A DNA stretch of 63,955 nucleotides, the filler included, from Octopus bimaculoides (lineage: Eukaryota), in assembly GCF_001194135.2 (NCBI RefSeq). It is 5 parts of 5 records of this genome, joined end to end, with 100 filler letters (N's around TTAATTAATTAA, not from the genome) between each part and the next. Parts side by side here need not be neighbours in the genome. Positions count along the whole stretch, not along the records: positions 36,298 to 57,710 come from NC_068987.1; 4 more parts are not named here. One strand, written 5' to 3'. Position 1 is the first letter of the stretch, and each line of letters starts with the position of its first letter. Below, piece by piece: positions 36,661-49,460 of the stretch. The position numbers and the translations under genes are program-made. The notes beneath the pieces are model-generated. The model did not search any database, was not told the origin of the DNA, and was given only the letters and a program-made list of their open reading frames with translations.

Positions 36661-37799
36661 ATTATTTCCTGTATATACCCAAATATTTCACCAATATATA
36701 TATTGGTGAAATATATTTTCATCAAATTTCTTCATATTTTGAAATGCTTTTACTGAGGAAGGTTTATGCATTGGCAGAATTTCCAGTTATATTTTACTCA
36801 AATCTAAAACATACATGTTAAATGATTTCAAAATATCGCTTATTGGTTTGACTTAATTATTACAACTTATACCACTGAATGCCAGTAAAAATAGTTGGTC
36901 TAGACTCCACTTATATGGATACTGCTTCTTAGTGTGACACAATATATACTATATATTTATATATATATATTTATATATATTTATATATATTTCATACTGT
37001 GAAGCTTAATTTGATTTTAATTTTTAATAAATTGATTTTAATTGAGTTTTTACCTGTAATTTTGGATTTTATCCCTAATACTATTATTATATATATATAC
37101 TTACACTTCCTTGGAAATGGATACGTGGCATTCAATCAAATAATGATATAAATAATATATATACATATATATATATGAGCCGACCGAAGCTTTGTGATTG
37201 AATTTGGTAGGCAGAAGTTACTGCCGTGTGTGTATATGTCTGTGTATGTGCTTGTGCCTCTCTCCCAAAGAGAAAGAGAAGGATATATGCATATAAACAA
37301 TGGGGGAGAGAACAGTATAGGGTAAAGTCATGACTCTACCTTATACTGTTTTCTCCTCTATCGTTTTCTCTCTCATCCTTTCTCTAATTCCTTTTTTTTT
37401 CCCTTCACCGTTTTCTATCTGTCTGTCTCTCTCTCTCTCCCCCTCTTTCTCCTTTACTCACATATGACCATCGTCCATCTTTCTTTTCCTCATGTGATCA
37501 TCTTTCTTTTCCTCATGTAATCATCTTTCTTTTCTTTCAGGGCTGTCCTAGAGGCTGGACGTATCCTATCTATCTCTCTCTTTTGTCTTTTCTCTTGTCA
37601 AAGAAAATATTTCTCCAGCATTCACTATTTTACCCTTGTTCTGGATTAATGACCCTCTATGTTTGTTTTTGTTTGGTTTCCTTGTATGCCTCAACTGTCC
37701 TGTTTTTGTTCCCAACTTTAACCCTACATAAATACCAAATTTTATTTTGGTATTTGTAGGAGCAACTGTCTTCAAAGACTCATATTGTCATTCAATGCT

Positions 37800-38225
37800 C
37801 AAAATGAAGAGTAGATAGCCAACTGACAACTGATGAAGGGTTATTCTTTATGTTACTTGTCCTGTTTTCCATTTGTTACTCTCATTTGTGTATTCAACTC
37901 ATTTTTTTTCGCATTTCATGTTGTTTACTGTTTGTGACGTCCTGTACCCATCGATTCCTTTATTTTTTCTGTCTCCGATGAAGGGAAGTACTGGATCTTC
38001 CCAGAAACAGCTGTAAGACTCTATCCATAAAATATTTCTCCAGCCTTACCATTGCTCTCTTTATCTTTTTATTTTTATATTTACATATACACACGCTAAT
38101 ACACGACTTATAATCCCCAATCCTGTTCATACAACGACTGGGGCAAAACTAGTGGGTATACAGCACTTACTCAGTATTACCTGTATCCTCTTGGGTTTGG
38201 TTAAATCCAATACCCTCCTCAACTT
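37800..38225 (+). mobile_element. Penelope-like pLTR relic with minimal hammerhead
   Basis: GTCT-CCGATGA-AGGGAAG-tactggat-CTTCCCA-GAAAC-AGCT-GTA-AGAC at 37971-38019. Confidence 0.6.
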
Positions 38226-38244
38226 TATATATATATATAAATAT

Positions 38245-38275
<31 letters not shown>

Positions 38276-38696
38276 NNNNNNNNNNNNNNNNNNNNNNNNN
38301 NNNNNNNNNNNNNNNNNNNNNNNNNNNNNNNNNNNNNNNNNNNNNNNNNNNNNNNNNNNNNNNNNNNNNNNNNNNNNNNNNNNNNNNNNNNNNNNNNNNN
38401 NNNNNNNNNNNNNNNNNNNNNNNNNNNNNNNNNNNNNNNNNNNNNNNNNNNNNNNNNNNNNNNNNNNNNNNNNNNNNNNNNNNNNNNNNNNNNNNNNNNN
38501 NNNNNNNNNNNNNNNNNNNNNNNNNNNNNNNNNNNNNNNNNNNNNNNNNNNNNNNNNNNNNNNNNNNNNNNNNNNNNNNNNNNNNNNNNNNNNNNNNNNN
38601 NNNNNNNNNNNNNNNNNNNNNNNNNNNNNNNNNNNNNNNNNNNNNNNNNNNNNNNNNNNNNNNNNNNNNNNNNNNNNNNNNNNNNNNNNNNNNNNN

Positions 38697-39260
38697 NGCC
38701 TGACTGGCCTTCATGCTGGTGGCACGTAAAAAGCTTTTTACATGCGACCAGCATTGGAGCCAATCCATGGCCCTGGCAACAATCACATTTGGATGTGTTT
38801 TTAACATTCCACTGGCATGAATGCCAATCAGGAAGTACTGTCATCGGCCACGTCAGCGATTTTGATTTTGATTTCACTTGCCTCAATAGGTCTTTGCAAG
38901 CAAAGTTTGTCCAATGAATGAGGGGTGTTCATAAATAGGCTGGTTACACCCACTGGCATAGGCCATGGGCTATGGTCTCACTTGGCTTGTTGGGTCTTTT
39001 CAATCACAGCATATCTCCAAAGGTCTTGGTCACTAGTCATTGCCTCGGTAAGGTCCAATGTTCGAAGATTGTACTTCACCACCTCATCCCAGGTTTTCCT
39101 GGGTCTACCTCTTCCACAGGTTCCCTCAACTGTTAGAGTGTGACACTTTTTCACATAGCTGTCCTCATTCATTCGCAACACATGACCATACCAGCACAGT
39201 TGTCTCTCTTGTACACCACATCTGATACTTCTTAAATCCAACTTTTCTCTCAGAGTTAAC
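38697..39260 (-). mobile_element. 5'-truncated RTE LINE (ORF C-terminus plus 3' UTR)
   Basis: RQLCWYGHVLRMNEDSYVKKCHTLTVEGTCGRGRPRKTWDEVVK...DLWRYAVIEKTQQAK*. Confidence 0.92.
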
Positions 39261-39314
39261 TACTAAGTTAAGAGGATAGATATGTCCCTGCCTCTCTCTC
39301 TATCTATATATATA

Positions 39315-40145
39315 CAGAATGTGATTAGTAAATTGTTACCATTTTATATTTTTTAATTTGTGCATGCGCATTGTTTGTTTTTGATTTTGTCGACTACACA
39401 GTATAGTAGGATCAGTTGGGCACTGTCTGTGAGAAAAACAGCACCATGACACAATTCACTCTGCCATAAATTTCGAAATGACATGCTGTACTGCTTGGCA
39501 TTCATGCTGGAAGCTCCAATATGAACATTTCAGAGTGTTTGGGAGTCAATCTGAGCACATGTACCGAGAGTGATAAAAGTCAAACATCCAGTCAACATCA
39601 TGGTGTTTGGAATGATCACTAGTGATGGCGACATTATGCCTCCATTCATCTTCCCACACAGCCTCAGACTCAACACGGAGACCTACATCAAGTGCTTGGC
39701 AGAGTTAGTGCTGCCCTGGGTTAAGAGGGTGGCTGTTGGAAGACCCTAGGGCTGGCAAGAGGACTCTACACCATGACACGCAAGCAGGAGAACCCAATTA
39801 TGGTTGTCAGACAATTTCTGACATCACCCCTAACATCTGGCCACCTAACAACTCTCCAGATTGCAACTCCCTTGATTATTATGTGTGGGGCACAGTTGAG
39901 CGAGTGACCAACAAAACTCCTTGGAACACCAAAAATGAACTGAAGGCAAGGATTATGGCAGCATTCACCAACTTAGACAGAAGAGTTGCAGGAGATTCTG
40001 AAGTTGTCTGGAGGCCATGGTTGAAGCCAATGGCAATTTTATTGAATATATTTACTCTTTAGTATTTCAAGATATTCTTATGTAATTTTGGTAAAAATAT
40101 CTGTTAAAATGAGATGTCTGTGTTATTTTCATTTTTGCATAATTT
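39315..40145 (+). mobile_element. Deleted maT (DD37D) Tc1/mariner-superfamily element
   Basis: TA|CAGAATGTG end, then HPVNIMVFGMITSDGDIMPPFIFP...NIWPPNNSPDCNSLDYYVWGTVE with stops. Confidence 0.85.
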
Positions 40146-40153
40146 ATATATAT

Positions 40154-41391
40154 ATTAAGTTGGCCAAACAGTCCACACTAAACTTTTAGTGATGCTAAAC
40201 ATCAAGCACTCTGTTAAGTAGCTAACTTCATTAAATGCTTAACACTTCAACATGGTTTGACGTGAACTTGCAATGAGACAGGTTGTACTGGGTGCTTTGG
40301 ATTACCCTGAAAATGAAGAACCAAATTCAACATTATCAACACCTCATGCTTTTTTATTTCAAGAAAGACAAGAAAGTGGTGGAAAGCTGCAGCAAGATAT
40401 TCATTGATTAGAGAGAGGATGCTGTTATGGAATGAAATCTACCAGAAGTGGTTTTCAAGTTTTCGATCAGGAAATTTTTTGGTCCTTGCTCTGGCTGGCC
40501 AAGTGAAATTAACAGTGACAAAATGAAGGCATTAGTTGACACCAAATCCTGCCATACAAACAGGATGATTGTAGATATTCTCCAAATAATCAAATTGAGT
40601 GTTGAAAATCATCTGCATCAACTTAGTTATGTTAGAAGCCTTGATGTTTGGGCCACACATCAATTGAATGAGGCTAACCTTGTCTAATGTATTTCCATCT
40701 ACAATTTGTTGCAGAAATGTGAAGAAAGTGATCCTTTTTTGAAGAGAATGATGACAGGGGATGAAAAATGGATTGTCTATAGAAATGGGAATTGCAAATG
40801 ATCATGGAGGAAGTGTGGCAAACCACCACCAACAAACTCCAAAGCTAGACTTCACCTGAGGAAGGTTATGCTTTCAATATGGTGGGATTGGAAGGATGTT
40901 GTCTTTTATGAGCTTCTTCCCATTGATAGAACCATCAATTTAGAGGCATACTGTAACCAGTTGGACAAATTAAATGCAACAATCCACCAGAAATATCCAG
41001 AACTTGCTAATTGTAAAGGCATTGTGCTTCATCATGACAATGTCAGATTTCACTCTTCTTTGCAGATGCTACTGGGATTGATGGGAAAGTTCTGCTGCAC
41101 TCTCCATATTCAGCCAAACTTTGTATCTTCGAATTTCTGCTTGTTTCAGTCTCTGCAAAATTCATTGAATAGACTGACCTTCAACACTGAAAAGGATATA
41201 AGAATTAAACCTCAAGAGTTTTTTGTCAATAAAGACAGAGAATTCTTTGAGCAGGGAATAATGGATCTGCCCTCAAGATGGCAGAAGATGCTGGAACAAA
41301 ACAGTAATTATATCATTGATTGAATAAATCACTTTGTGTTTAAAACTTGTGCCTTATTTTCACTTAAAAAATTGAACAGACTTTTTGACCA

Positions 41392-41398
<7 letters not shown>
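40154..41398 (+). mobile_element. Full-length but inactivated mariner (DD34D, SETMAR-like transposase)
   Basis: TIRs ATTAAGTTGGCCAAACAGTC / GACTTTTTGACCAACCCTAT. Motifs MTGDEKWI, KVMLSIWWD and VLHHDN are present with stops and frameshifts. Confidence 0.92.
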
Positions 41399-41430
<32 letters not shown>

Positions 41431-42309
41431 NNNNNNNNNNNNNNNNNNNNNNNNNNNNNNNNNNNNNNNNNNNNNNNNNNNNNNNNNNNNNNNNNNNNNN
41501 NNNNNNNNNNNNNNNNNNNNNNNNNNNNNNNNNNNNNNNNNNNNNNNNNNNNNNNNNNNNNNNNNNNNNNNNNNNNNNNNNNNNNNNNNNNNNNNNNNNN
41601 NNNNNNNNNNNNNNNNNNNNNNNNNNNNNNNNNNNNNNNNNNNNNNNNNNNNNNNNNNNNNNNNNNNNNNNNNNNNNNNNNNNNNNNNNNNNNNNNNNNN
41701 NNNNNNNNNNNNNNNNNNNNNNNNNNNNNNNNNNNNNNNNNNNNNNNNNNNNNNNNNNNNNNNNNNNNNNNNNNNNNNNNNNNNNNNNNNNNNNNNNNNN
41801 NNNNNNNNNNNNNNNNNNNNNNNNNNNNNNNNNNNNNNNNNNNNNNNNNNNNNNNNNNNNNNNNNNNNNNNNNNNNNNNNNNNNNNNNNNNNNNNNNNNN
41901 NNNNNNNNNNNNNNNNNNNNNNNNNNNNNNNNNNNNNNNNNNNNNNNNNNNNNNNNNNNNNNNNNNNNNNNNNNNNNNNNNNNNNNNNNNNNNNNNNNNN
42001 NNNNNNNNNNNNNNNNNNNNNNNNNNNNNNNNNNNNNNNNNNNNNNNNNNNNNNNNNNNNNNNNNNNNNNNNNNNNNNNNNNNNNNNNNNNNNNNNNNNN
42101 NNNNNNNNNNNNNNNNNNNNNNNNNNNNNNNNNNNNNNNNNNNNNNNNNNNNNNNNNNNNNNNNNNNNNNNNNNNNNNNNNNNNNNNNNNNNNNNNNNNN
42201 NNNNNNNNNNNNNNNNNNNNNNNNNNNNNNNNNNNNNNNNNNNNNNNNNNNNNNNNNNNNNNNNNNNNNNNNNNNNNNNNNNNNNNNNNNNNNNNNNNNN
42301 NNNNNNNNN

Positions 42310-42344
<35 letters not shown>

Positions 42345-42346
<2 letters not shown>

Positions 42347-42387
42347 GTCTTTTATGAGCTTCTTCTCATGGATAGAACCATCAGTTC
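42345..42387 (+). mobile_element. Short second mariner fragment
   Basis: GTTGTCTTTTATGAGCTTCTTCTCATGGATAGAACCATCAGTT duplicates 40898-40940. Confidence 0.7.
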
Positions 42388-42740
42388 AACATTCCCTTTT
42401 CTTCCTAGGATAACAAAGCATCAGAATGCAGGACCTGGCACCAGTCCTGCTTCTCCTCAGTTCAAAGATTTGAGCAAAGTCAACTCCAACTTTGGGACCA
42501 ACTTTGTGCAAGCATGAAGGCACGCTGGCTAAACTCTGCTCCTCTAAATGGAAACCTTACCTGTCATTGTGGTTTTGTGGCACAAAGCAAAGCAGGCCTT
42601 GCCATCCACTCAAGAAAGCATGTAGTAAATGATCCACAAGTACTCGAGCAAACTGAATCCTCAGCTTGTTCCATTTGCCAAAAGGTTTGCAAGGCACCAG
42701 CAGGCCTCAAGAGACACAGTCATGTCCATAGAACATGATT
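42388..42740 (+). mobile_element. RTE LINE C-terminus with two C2H2-like fingers
   Basis: NIPFSS*DNKASECRTWHQSCFSSVQRFEQ...CHCGFVAQSKAGLAIHSRKH...CSICQKVCKAPAGLKRHSHVH*. Confidence 0.65.
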
Positions 42741-42822
42741 ACCACTTTATTTTACTGAACCTTCATTTGTCGTTCATGATGAGACTCTATCTATCTATCT
42801 ACCCATACACACACATTAACAT

Positions 42823-43110
42823 GCATGCCCTAGTGGTTAGGGTGTTGCATTGCACTCATGACTATAAGATCATGGTTTTGATTCCTGGACCAGGCAGTGC
42901 ATTGTGTTCTTGAATAAAGGCTTCATTTCATGTTCTTCTCCTATCACTTCAAAACTGGATGTGTGTCACACCATGCACCTGTTCAAGCAATGTTGATTTG
43001 ATGGAGAAAGTGAGCTAATAATGTACAGCACAAATGTCTAATCACTATAAACTAAATCATATATGCAACTTGTTTAGCAAGAAATTGCAGAAACCTCATT
43101 TGTCATTTAC
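42823..43110 (+). mobile_element. Degenerate tRNA-derived SINE
   Basis: GCCCTAGTGGTTAGGGTGTTG...GGTTTTGATTCCTGGACC head. Confidence 0.65.
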
Positions 43111-43586
43111 AGCATTTGTATCTTTTTCTATGAATTGATCCATCTCTATATATGAATGTGTGTGTGTGTGTATCATCATCATCATCATTTAATGTCTGTT
43201 TAGCGTGCTAGCATGGGTTAGATGGTTTTACTGGAGCTGGTAAGCCTTTGAGCTGCACCAGGCTCCAGTCTGTTATATATATGTATATATAAAGCTAAAC
43301 ATTTTTTGGCCAGTATATCATCATCATCATCGTTTTAATATCAACTTTTCTATGCTTACATAGGACAGATGGGGTTTGTTGAAGCAAATTTTTCTATGGC
43401 TGGAAGCCCTTTCAGTTGTTAAACCTTACTTGTTTCCATGAAAACATGTTTGGTCATGTTTTCATGGAAGATTGGAAATGAAGGACGCCATATGCATGAA
43501 GGTGATGCTTGTTTATATCACAACCAGAAGATATTAACACGCACACACACACATACACGCACACACACACACACACTGATGCTTGT

Positions 43587-45480
43587 ATCATCATTCATTA
43601 TCATTTAACATCTGTTGTCTATGCTGGCATGGGTTGGACAGTTTGGTCAGGACTGGCAAGCTGAGGGGCTGCACCAGACTCCAGTCTGATTTGGCATGGT
43701 TTCTACTGCTGGATGCCGTTCCTAACACCAACCACTCTGTGAATGTAATGGGTGCTTTTACATGCCACTGGCACAGGTGCCAGTTGCGTGACACCAGTAT
43801 CCACCACAACTATGATTTCACTTGGCTTGATGGGACTTCTGCCAAAGGTCTCAGACATATGTCATTGCCTCTGTGAGGCCCTACACTTGAAAGGTACTTT
43901 TTATGTGCCAGTTACATGACACTGGCATTGGACACATTGCCTCCATGAGGCCCAATGCTTGAGAGGTGCTTTTTATGTGCCACCAGCATGGGTATCAGAT
44001 GCTTCCATAGGGCCCAACATTCGAAAGGTGCTTTTTATGTGCCACCGGCACACGACACAAACATCAGACATGACACAATGCTGGTATCATGGCAGGTATA
44101 CGACATCAGCATCAGTCACATTGCCTATGTGAGGCCCAACGCTTGAAAAGTTCTTTTTATGTGCCACTGGCATGGATGCCAATTATATGACACTGGCATT
44201 GGACCATGACTACAATTTCACTTAGCTTCACAGGTCTTCTCAAGCACGGCATGTTGCCAAAGAACTCAGTTAGTAGTCATTGCCTCCATGAAGCCCAATG
44301 TTCAAAGAACATGCTTCACCACCTTGTCCCATGTCCTCCTGGGTCTACACATCACATGACCATACCAGCACAGTCATCTCTCTTGCACACCACATTTCAT
44401 GCCTCTTATGCCCAACTTTTCTCTCAAGATGCTTACACTCTGTCATTGCACATTCAGTGAAGCTTACTAGCTTCATTTCTTTCAAGCCTTTGCATGTCCC
44501 CAGTGGTCACAGCCCATGTTTCACTGCCATGTAACACAGCTGCTCTTACACAGGCATCATACAGTCTGCCTTTCACTCTGAGGAAGAGGCCCTTTGTTGC
44601 CAACAGAACTAGGAGATCTCTGAACTTTGCCCAGCCTACACACTCGCAACTACACTTACGGAGTATCCACCTCCACTACTGACTTGGTCACCTAGATAAC
44701 AGAAGCTATCAACTACCTCTAGCTTATGCCACTGGCATTTGATAGAATATATTTTCTGTACATTTTTAGTGTTTATTGTACCTATGCACCTTCCACACAC
44801 AAAACCTATTTTCCCAGTTAACCTTCCTCTGATACTGCTGCACCTCTTATGTGTCCATAGCTTGCATTGAGTACATCTTATGGAATTTCTGTCTACACCT
44901 TTCCTGCTTACTACGACTTTGGTTTTTGCTAAACTCTAAGGCCCTTCAATTCTAGTCCTTCCTTCCACACCTGAAACTTCTTCCCAAGTTCTGGTAGTAA
45001 TTCAGCAATAAGAACAAGGTCATCAGCACAGAGGAGCTTCCAGAGGCAGCCTATCTTAAATTCCTCTGTTATTGCCTGGAGGACAATGATGAGCAGGAGG
45101 GGGCTGAAAACTGATCCTTGGTGAACCCTTAATTGTACCCTGAATTCGCTATACTTGTTGCCATCCCTCACCTTACTGACAACATCCCTGTATATGACTT
45201 GTACAGCTCTCACCAACCACTAATCTATCCCTAGTTTCTGCACTGACCATCAAATAAGGGATCAAGAGATCCTGTCAAAGGCTTTCTGCATGTCAACAAA
45301 ATCCAAATACAGAGGTTTGCCTTTGGGTAGGTACTTCTCCTGCAACTGCCTTATCAGAAATATAGCGTTAGTGGTGCTTTTCCTCGGAACAAAACCAAAC
45401 TGCATTTCATCTAGATTAACCCTGTCCTTAATTAGTTGGGCTATGACCCTCTCTGTAACTTTCATCACTTGATCTAACAA
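43587..45480 (-). mobile_element. 5'-truncated RTE LINE (RT through 3' UTR with tandem units)
   Basis: QFGFVPRKSTTNAIF, VHQGSVFSPLLLIIVL and LLCADDLVLIAE are followed by the ORF tail, about five repeated UTR units and a (GAT)-type tail. Confidence 0.92.
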
Positions 45481-46028
45481 TTATATATATATATATGACA
45501 AGTTTCTTTCAGTTTCATTCTACCAATTCCAATAACAGGGCTCTGATCAGCCTGGAGCTACAGTATAAGACACTTACCCAAGATGTTATACAGTACCATT
45601 GAACCTAAGACCACATGGTAGGAATGCTACCCAAGCATTACTTCACCAAGATACACACACACACACACACACACACATACATTTATATGTACACACATAT
45701 GTATATTATTTCACCAATACCTTTGAATATATATTCTGAAATAACATTACTAATTATACCAGCTACAATTATTTCATTAGCAATTATTTCCTGCAATAAT
45801 GGCAGTAACATAATAAAATAAACATATATACACAAAATAGGTCAGACTAGTTTAATCCCTATTTTTCAGCTATTCAGCAGTTTTGTGTCAGTATGTGTAN
45901 NNNNNNNNNTATATATATATATATATATATATAAGCAAAAATTTAGATTCAGATAATTTAGGTACTTGGGTTGAGGCACCAGAATTTAGTACGGTATTAT
46001 CCATACTGTTTCAAAATAAGGAGATTAA

Positions 46029-47022
46029 AATCAAAATAAGCAACAGGATATCTAGAGGTAATGCAGTACGATCATTTCAACCTAATTTTTGTACCCCTAT
46101 AAATTCATATTTAGCTTATATAAAACAAAACCAGGTATTCTTCACAACTTAAAATAAACTGCTTGGATTATAATTTAATTAATATATAGTTAGCATGTTC
46201 TTTTGTCTCAGTACTCCTTTATTAAATACCAGTAAATGCCAATGATCAATCTTCATAGATACCATCTAATACGTTAGTATTTAAGTATATAATATGTATA
46301 AATATTAAACTATTTCTATGTAATTTCTTTTCTTCCCTCCATTGTAGTAAAATTTGGTATATACTCAAAAGTATTCAAAAAATTTTTATTCTTTTGTTAT
46401 AATATTCTTCTTAATTACCTTCTGAATAACCCTAAATTTTAACTTTATACAATATGGCAATATTGTTTAAAGTATTTAACTATAAAATTTCCCCTGTATT
46501 ATCATTATTGGTTTACTAGAGTCTTGCCTCTTTAATTGTCAGCTAACATCTTGATTTAAGATTTCCTTTACCAAAACTTATTATATTGCTTCAAATTAAT
46601 CTTGATAGTTTTATGACTATACCCACTATGATTTCTGTCAACCCCTTTCCTAACAGACACTGCTCCTTGTTCTTTGGTCTTAGATTTTGACAGACAAAGA
46701 TTTGATAAACAAGACTATAAATTAAAACTGACCCCAAAAAACAGTGACAAGCTAGATCTCTAAGAAGTCTTTCTTCCTGATACCTTAGTAGCTTCTAAGC
46801 TGAAGTGAAGACAGCTTTGTCTATATCCTTACCTTCTTGCAGGTTTTAGGTAAAATTATACTAATGTGTCTATGTTTAAATTTAATTTAATTCTGTGTAT
46901 TTATGCAGCTGAGGATTGCTCTGCATTTAAATTGATGTAATGGTTGCGTTGTTCAATTAAATGGAGTTGCTTGAAATGATCGTACTGCATTACCTCTCGA
47001 TGTCCTGTTGCTTATTTTGATA
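46029..47022. mobile_element. About 1-kb AT-rich element bounded by ~50-bp inverted repeats
   Basis: ATCAAAATAAGCAACAGGATATCTAGAGGTAATGCAGTACGATCATTTCAA pairs with TTGAAATGATCGTACTGCATTACCTCTCGATGTCCTGTTGCTTATTTTGAT. Confidence 0.7.
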
Positions 47023-47379
47023 TATATATATATATTTACGCTCACACATATTTATTCATGTGCATATATATAGGTATGTATTTATGTACTCACATATACA
47101 TGCATGTGCATACACATACATACACACAAATGGCAAAGGAGGGCAGCACAACAACAACTAAATGAAATCAGTAAAAGACTGTACATAATTATAGTCAGAA
47201 GGAAAATAGTGCTCATAACACTTTATAAGGCTTGACAAGAATTCTCCTTCCCTCCCACCAGTCTTGATAGAGAGAGTGTGGTCGGAAGGTGTGCTTTCAA
47301 ACCAACAACCTGGCCTGAATGCTTGCAAAAGAGTGATCTTTGCTAAAGACATGCATGGTGCCAGGTGGTGTTTTATATA

Positions 47380-49030
47380 CAGGGTGCGAGGAGTATTTGC
47401 AGATAGTTTTGGTATAAATAAAACAACTATTTTTCAGCATAAATATTTATTTGAATAAACATTTGTGTAATTAGTGTTGATAATGATTTTTTAAGCAAAT
47501 TTTCCTATGAAACTGCCTTTGGCTTCGATGGCTGCTTCAATGTGGGACTGAAATCACTGGCATGCTGACACTATATGGTCCTTATTCATTTCGAACATCA
47601 CCTGGACAATGGCAGCCTTCAGTGAAGCTATGGTATTATGAGGATTAGTCTCTCTTTCAACAGCATTCCACGCGTAGTAGTCCATGGGGTTCAAATCTGG
47701 TGAGTTTGGAGGCCCCATATTGGGTGTTACATAATCGTAAAAATTGTCTGACAACCATTCTTGGGTGACTAGGGCTTCGTGAGAAGGATCTGAGTCTTGT
47801 TGAAACACGTATTGCCTTCCATTGCATACTTCATCAATCCAGGGCTTGATAACAGTTTCCAGTACCTCAATGTATCCAGCAGCATTAATTCTAAGACCCT
47901 ATGAAAAAAAGTGGGGTGACATCACATGACTTTCACCACTCACCACTCCTAAAACCATCACAGTTGCTGGAAATTTCATGTGCATCACTTTGGGTACTTC
48001 AGAAGGATCTGCACATAACCACCTGTCATTTCTTCTGTTAGATTTTTAATCCTGGTCAAAGTATTTTTCGTCAGAGAAAAACCAAAGCATGCCTTGTTCA
48101 TGAGGGCTTTTCACTTAGTTAAGTAAGCATTTGAACAGTTAGACAGTTTTCCTGTGTCTTTGCAGACATAAATTAGCCTATAGGAAAGTTGGTTATACAT
48201 CATTAGATGTATACCTGACTTTCCTATATAAAATTAAGAAATATATAACGGAACGCTGAACTCCAGACTATCAACTTAAACAACATTTATTCAGGTGGTA
48301 AATATGTACATCTTTAGCTCTTGTTGTTACAGCTTCTGTGTGTATGAGTATAGTTGTTGGGACATTGTTATGTAGATGTAAGCAAGCTGTCGAGTGTAAG
48401 TCCGAAAGATGGTGAGTGACAGCTATACACGTAAAGAGACTGTCTCCAGGCTGGAATGTTAGAGACACTGCTTGACACGTCCATGCTCTATTGCTGGCCA
48501 GCAAGAAAGAGGTAGAATTAAGCAGGAAAGCTTGCTTGTTTAATTCCATGCATGCGTGAGACTACGCATGCGCACAGCGTTACTACAAGCCTTTCCTCAT
48601 TACATAGGACTTATATCGAATGTCATGATGTACCACAGTTCTGATAGTCCACTCTGACACCTGAAGTTCTTTAGCAATGGACCTCATTGCTCTTCTGGGG
48701 TTTTCATCAATAATGTTTTGAACATGTATAAATTTTGGTGGTGTTTTAACGTTTGAGCATTGTGAATGTTTTTACTCTTTGATACAGGTGAAACATTACC
48801 ATCACATGCCTCCAATTCAAACCAAACTTTGTGTACAAACTATGTTGCAGCATTTAGAAAGTTGCAAATTTCTAAATTCCTGTAGTTTGCAACTATGACT
48901 GCATGTTTTTTCATTTCTTGAGTCAGCATGATATCCTGAATGGGTTATCTGAAAAAACAATGATACATTAAATAATTTGAAGGTGTAATGAACTAAAAAC
49001 GAAATGTCCTCAAATACCCCTCGCATCCTG
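47380..49030 (-). mobile_element. Full-length inactivated maT (DD37D) transposon
   Basis: TA|CAGGGTGCGAGGAGTATTTG ... CAAATACCCCTCGCATCCTG|TA. FSDEK and FQQD-x37-D (SPDLNPMD) are present, with N-terminus MLTQEMKKHAVIVA. Confidence 0.93.
48179..48587 (-). mobile_element. Solo LTR (409 bp) nested in the maT transposase
   Basis: Flanked by a 4-bp AGCC duplication (48175-78 and 48588-91). Ends are TGTAGTAACG on the minus strand and TATAGGAAAG, with an internal AATAAA. Removing it restores the frame MRKG*FMSAK. Confidence 0.75.
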
Positions 49031-49229
49031 TATATATATAATATCAGATATGTGGCTGCTGCAATGTGTCAGTCAAACAAAAGGTAATGTGGTTGTGGAA
49101 TGACATACTTGACAGGGTGGTAAAGGTTGAGATGGGCTTGGAAGAGTTGGAAAGAAAGTGACAGTAGAGAGCATTATCAAATAACTAGAAGGGTAACTAG
49201 GGGACAAGTATATATATAGTTAAGGGTGA

Positions 49230-49460
49230 AGTAGAAATGATGACATGTGCACATGTCCTATAACAAGAGGATCAGAGGCATGACTTATTATGAGATTGTG
49301 TTCAAGAGAACCGAGACATCATTGGAAACATGTTCAAAATGAAGAAGGCACATTTGCCAACACTGTGGAAGTCAACAAAGTGACATGAAAATGTTATTGT
49401 GAAAGCCTGTTAAGCATGAAGAATGTATGGGATAAAGACATTTCAGGGGTATCAGCAGAT
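49230..49460 (+). mobile_element. Degenerate RTE inter-domain fragment
   Basis: CVQENRDIIG...EEGTFANTVE...SMKNVWDK-like translation. Confidence 0.5.

Noticed and set aside
40868-41323. SETMAR-like host gene
   Set aside because: It lies within TIRs, has no SET domain and carries stops and frameshifts, so it is a dead mariner.
6828-42517. ORFs of 200-390 aa dominated by X
   Set aside because: They run through N gaps.
48333-48411. Exon-like segment with strong GTGAGT donor (ASVCMSIVVGTLLCRCK...)
   Set aside because: It lies inside the solo LTR, so it is more simply a chance or cryptic signal.
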